Shown piece by piece: positions 34,837 to 37,257 of a stretch of DNA of 37,257 bases. The notes below the pieces were generated by a model. That model saw only the letters and a program-made list of their open reading frames with translations. It was not told the origin of the DNA and searched no databases. Made by a program: the position numbers and the translations under genes. How positions within the stretch are numbered: position 1 is the stretch's first letter; each line of letters starts with the position of its first letter. The DNA is from a virus (taxonomy: Duplodnaviria; Heunggongvirae; Uroviricota; Caudoviricetes). The DNA is taken from the IMG/VR virus record IMGVR_UViG_2917849834_000002. One strand, given 5' to 3'.

Positions 34837-35019
34837 ATGTCCTATGATAAAAAGGTTATTGATGCGCTAAATGCGGCAATTTCTGTATTAGAGAAAGCGC
34901 CGGTTAATCCTCCGAATAAAGGAGAGCCATCAAAAACCATTCGTCAGCTCGCGAATGAATTGCGTACTCTTGCGTTAAGAAAATATCCTCAGGCAAGTAC
35001 ATGGATTCTTCCTGAGTGA
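34837..35019 (+). CDS. Small plus-strand ORF convergent with the early operon (protein, or start of an antisense transcript)
   Basis: 60 aa; strong SD AAGGAA 7 nt upstream; its TGA abuts the stop of the convergent minus-strand gene with no terminator between. Confidence 0.35.
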   Translation: MSYDKKVIDALNAAISVLEKAPVNPPNKGEPSKTIRQLANELRTLALRKYPQASTWILPE

Positions 35020-35430
35020 TTATTTAACTCCAGTGCCGGAGATTTTCTCTGGCACATTTCCGACCTCAATAACCATGTTGTCACTGCTTAAAATTTGTCG
35101 ATAAAGCTCAAAGACTTCTTTGGCGGGAAAACGGAGCGCAACGCCGTATATTGGTTCTAAAATCATTCCAATAGTTTCTTTGATGCCATCTCGACAAAAA
35201 TGGCCGTATTCATCGTCAGGATGCAGGGTGATATCTTTCAAATCTTCGCCATTCTGAAGCTTTGATTTTAATGCCATCAGGCCAGCGAACGTTCTGTGTA
35301 ATTCGTGGTAGTCAACGCTGATTTCGACCTGCGGCTTACCTGGAAAAACGAGTAAAACCTTCTGGTGTGGCTTTTCGTTTTTCAGGGTTTCCAGTCGTTC
35401 CAGTAGTGCTTTGTCTTCGTAGTTTGTCAT
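35020..35430 (-). CDS. Hypothetical early protein (second gene of the early operon)
   Basis: About 137 aa from ATG at 35430, one nt after the cox stop. Confidence 0.45.
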   Translation of the reverse strand: MTNYEDKALLERLETLKNEKPHQKVLLVFPGKPQVEISVDYHELHRTFAGLMALKSKLQNGEDLKDITLHPDDEYGHFCRDGIKETIGMILEPIYGVALRFPAKEVFELYRQILSSDNMVIEVGNVPEKISGTGVK

Positions 35431-35431
35431 T

Positions 35432-35719
35432 TCAAAGCCCCAACCACAGCAACCATGCCTCTCGTTGTTCTTTCGGCTGATTAAAAAATGCCTTGCGCAT
35501 ACCCGCATTAAACGCTGGCAGATATATCCAGTTTTCTGATGCTCGCGTCTTCACTGAACCTGGCTTCGTGAAATCAACCGTTGGTAGCTTTGCGGCGTCA
35601 ATCATGGTTCTGACGGTTGATTCTTTGCGGCCAATCATCTTGGCAAATAGTTGATATGGCACCGCTTCAAGTGGATATGGTGCTACCTGAATGAACCCCT
35701 CAAGCTCTGATTCGCTCAT
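35432..35719 (-). CDS. cox: Cox-like excisionase / early regulator
   Basis: 95 aa; VPYQLFAKMIGRKESTVRTMIDAAKLP ... YLPAFNAG ... WLLWLGL parallels P2 Cox motifs from memory; first gene divergent from C. Confidence 0.75.
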   Translation of the reverse strand: MSESELEGFIQVAPYPLEAVPYQLFAKMIGRKESTVRTMIDAAKLPTVDFTKPGSVKTRASENWIYLPAFNAGMRKAFFNQPKEQREAWLLWLGL

Positions 35720-35743
35720 TGTGGTAATCTCCTTAATTCGTCC

Positions 35744-35786
35744 AAATGGCCCAAAATGGCTTATATAGGCTTATTTTGGCTATTTG
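35744..35786. promoter_or_regulatory. Immunity operator/promoter region with tandem direct repeats
   Basis: AAATGGC cc AAAATGGC then three abutting repeats GGCTTATAT / GGCTTATTTT / GGCTATTTG between the divergent cox and C starts. Confidence 0.5.
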
Positions 35787-35835
35787 AATGTTTTTGTATT
35801 ACATGTAACCCAATAGCGTGGAGTTTAGATCACAT

Positions 35836-36156
35836 ATGATCCATAAATCAAGCCTTGGAGAAAAACTTCGCCTGATTCGAGAGGCAGAGGGATTGTCACG
35901 TAGAGAGATGGGAGAGGTGACAGGGGTATCTCAAAACAATCTCAAAAATTATGAAATATTGGGAAGAATGATACCTGGAGAAACGTTACTCCTGATTTTG
36001 AATCATCCTCGTTTTCGGAAGTATTCGGATTGGGTGATGTTTAATCAAACTAATGCTGCGACGGGGCAGATTGCTCCGCCTCTCTCTCTTGATGGCTTCT
36101 TCGATTCGGAAGGCGATCAGGTTTCAACCGAAACAAACCAAAAATCACCCCACTGA
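35836..36156 (+). CDS. C: Immunity repressor, P2 C-like (HTH)
   Basis: 106 aa from ATG at 35836; HTH LSRREMGEVTGVSQNNLKNYE and C-terminal FNQTNAATGQIAPPL resemble P2 C from memory. Confidence 0.75.
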   Translation: MIHKSSLGEKLRLIREAEGLSRREMGEVTGVSQNNLKNYEILGRMIPGETLLLILNHPRFRKYSDWVMFNQTNAATGQIAPPLSLDGFFDSEGDQVSTETNQKSPH

Positions 36157-36252
36157 GGCCAGAAAACTGGTTAGACCTGCTTTTTGTCTGGTCTGATTAT
36201 TGCTGGAAAGAGGCTGGAGAAATTGTAGAGCGGTTCATTGGAGGGCTTCACG

Positions 36253-37257
36253 ATGTCGATTAAGAAGCTCGAAGATGGTCGTTATTTGCTGGACATCAGG
36301 CCGAACGGACGCAAGGGAAAGCGCGTGCGTAAGGTATTTGACAAAAAATCGGTAGCGGTGGCCACTGAACGCTACATCATGGCGAACGCTGAAAAGCGGG
36401 AATATATACAGGGCTACCGTGATCGTCGAACGCTAAATGATTTGCTTGAGTTGTGGTGGATGTATCACGGCCAGCACAGGCGTAAGGCGGAAGAAGACCG
36501 AAAACAACTGCGCAACATAATCAATGAGCTTGGCGCTGATATGCAGGCTGTGGATCTTGATAAGCTGAAAATTATCGCGTGGCGTTCTCAAAAGATAGCT
36601 GATGGATTGAAACCGTCATCTGCTAACAGATACATGAATCGGTTATCCGGAATGTTTACAGTACTGAAGAAAATAGGCCTCTGGGATGCAGAGCATCCGG
36701 TAAGGGGGATTTCTATTCTTTATGTATCCCCACGAGAAATGGCTTTCCTGTCCCGGAAGGAAGTGGCGTTATTGCTCGATACACTGGAGGGCGATTACTG
36801 GCGTGTTGCGCTTTTGTGTTTAAGCACGGGAGCGCGCTGGAGTGAAGCCTGTAAGCTCCGTGGTGAACAGATAGTTCATAACCGTGTAACGTTTCTCGAA
36901 ACCAAAAATGGCCGAAAGAGAACAGTGCCAATTTCGCAGGCGGTTTGTGAGGCGATCAAAACCAGAGAAACAGGCGGCTTGTTTGAGGTGAAGTACCGGG
37001 AATTCTGCTTGGCGCTGAAAAGAGTTAAGCCCGATTTGCCAAAAGGCCAGGCTGCACATGTGCTGCGGCATACGTTCGCCAGCCATTTTGTGATGAACGG
37101 AGGAAACATTATTGCGCTTCAGAAGATTCTTGGCCACGCAACCATTCAGCAAACAATGGCATATGCACATTTTGCACCGGATTACCTGCAGGATGCGGTG
37201 GCCCTTAATCCGCTGAAAGGTGGCGTGAGTGTCCACGCAGTGTCCACGGGGGATTAA
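36253..37257 (+). CDS. int: Tyrosine integrase, P2 Int-like
   Basis: 334 aa from ATG at 36253; N-terminal MSIKKLEDGRYLLDIRPNGRKGKRVRKVFDKK and C-terminal HVLRHTFASHF ... MAYAHFAP closely parallel P2 Int as I recall it. Confidence 0.9.
   Translation: MSIKKLEDGRYLLDIRPNGRKGKRVRKVFDKKSVAVATERYIMANAEKREYIQGYRDRRTLNDLLELWWMYHGQHRRKAEEDRKQLRNIINELGADMQAVDLDKLKIIAWRSQKIADGLKPSSANRYMNRLSGMFTVLKKIGLWDAEHPVRGISILYVSPREMAFLSRKEVALLLDTLEGDYWRVALLCLSTGARWSEACKLRGEQIVHNRVTFLETKNGRKRTVPISQAVCEAIKTRETGGLFEVKYREFCLALKRVKPDLPKGQAAHVLRHTFASHFVMNGGNIIALQKILGHATIQQTMAYAHFAPDYLQDAVALNPLKGGVSVHAVSTGD
37230..37247. repeat. Right copy of boundary repeat TGTCCACGCAGTGTCCAC inside the int 3' end
   Basis: 17/18 identical to 1162..1179; two tandem GTGTCCAC units. 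Confidence 0.5.

Larger units (their letters stand above)
1100..37257. mobile_element. P2-like integrated prophage (extends to or beyond the right window edge)
   Basis: P2-type synteny: int, C, cox, early operon, gpA, cargo slot, P/Q and O/N/M/L head genes, tail genes; flanked by near-identical 18-bp repeats at 1162..1179 and 37230..37247. Left boundary is approximate. Confidence 0.85.

Noticed and set aside
1-37257. CRISPR arrays, tRNA or rRNA genes, IS elements or transposases
   Set aside because: No regularly spaced short repeats with unique spacers, no tRNA T-arm signatures, and no transposase-like ORF or terminal inverted repeats were seen.

Overview
The window is almost entirely one integrated P2-like (Peduovirus-type) prophage of about 36 kb, roughly 1100..37257, next to a probable host gene (Flk-like, 1..993, minus strand). 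All calls are from reading the sequence and ORF track by eye; no database search was run, so family names rest on remembered motifs and synteny. Right to left the layout follows P2 prophage order: integrase (36253..37257), C repressor, Cox, a long minus-strand early operon of small unknown genes, a gpA-type HUH rolling-circle replication protein, then a cargo slot holding a ParM/ParR partition cassette with upstream repeats, the expected cos region, and the P2-type head block (P, Q on plus; O, N, M, L on minus). The tail module is mosaic rather than P2-ordered: R-like, S-like, sheath, tube, a holin / 35-aa peptide / M15 endolysin cassette sitting inside the tail operon, E chaperone with a -1 frameshift extension, tape measure, baseplate genes, two tandem tail-fibre plus chaperone sets, and three coupled unknown genes ending in a putative gpD-like hub. 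Between the tail terminator and the left junction sit a Hok-family type I toxin locus and a Com zinc-finger gene overlapping a DNA methyltransferase. Near-identical 18-bp repeats (TGTCCACGCAGTG[A/T]CCAC) occur at 1162..1179 and at the integrase 3' end (37230..37247), consistent with P2-type Int arm sites or att cores. I could not place any one element as a clearly undescribed system; the most unusual items are the ParMR cassette in the cargo slot, the lysis genes embedded in the tail operon, the duplicated fibre sets, and a structured non-coding stretch at 31286..31605. No tRNA, rRNA, CRISPR array or IS element was seen.
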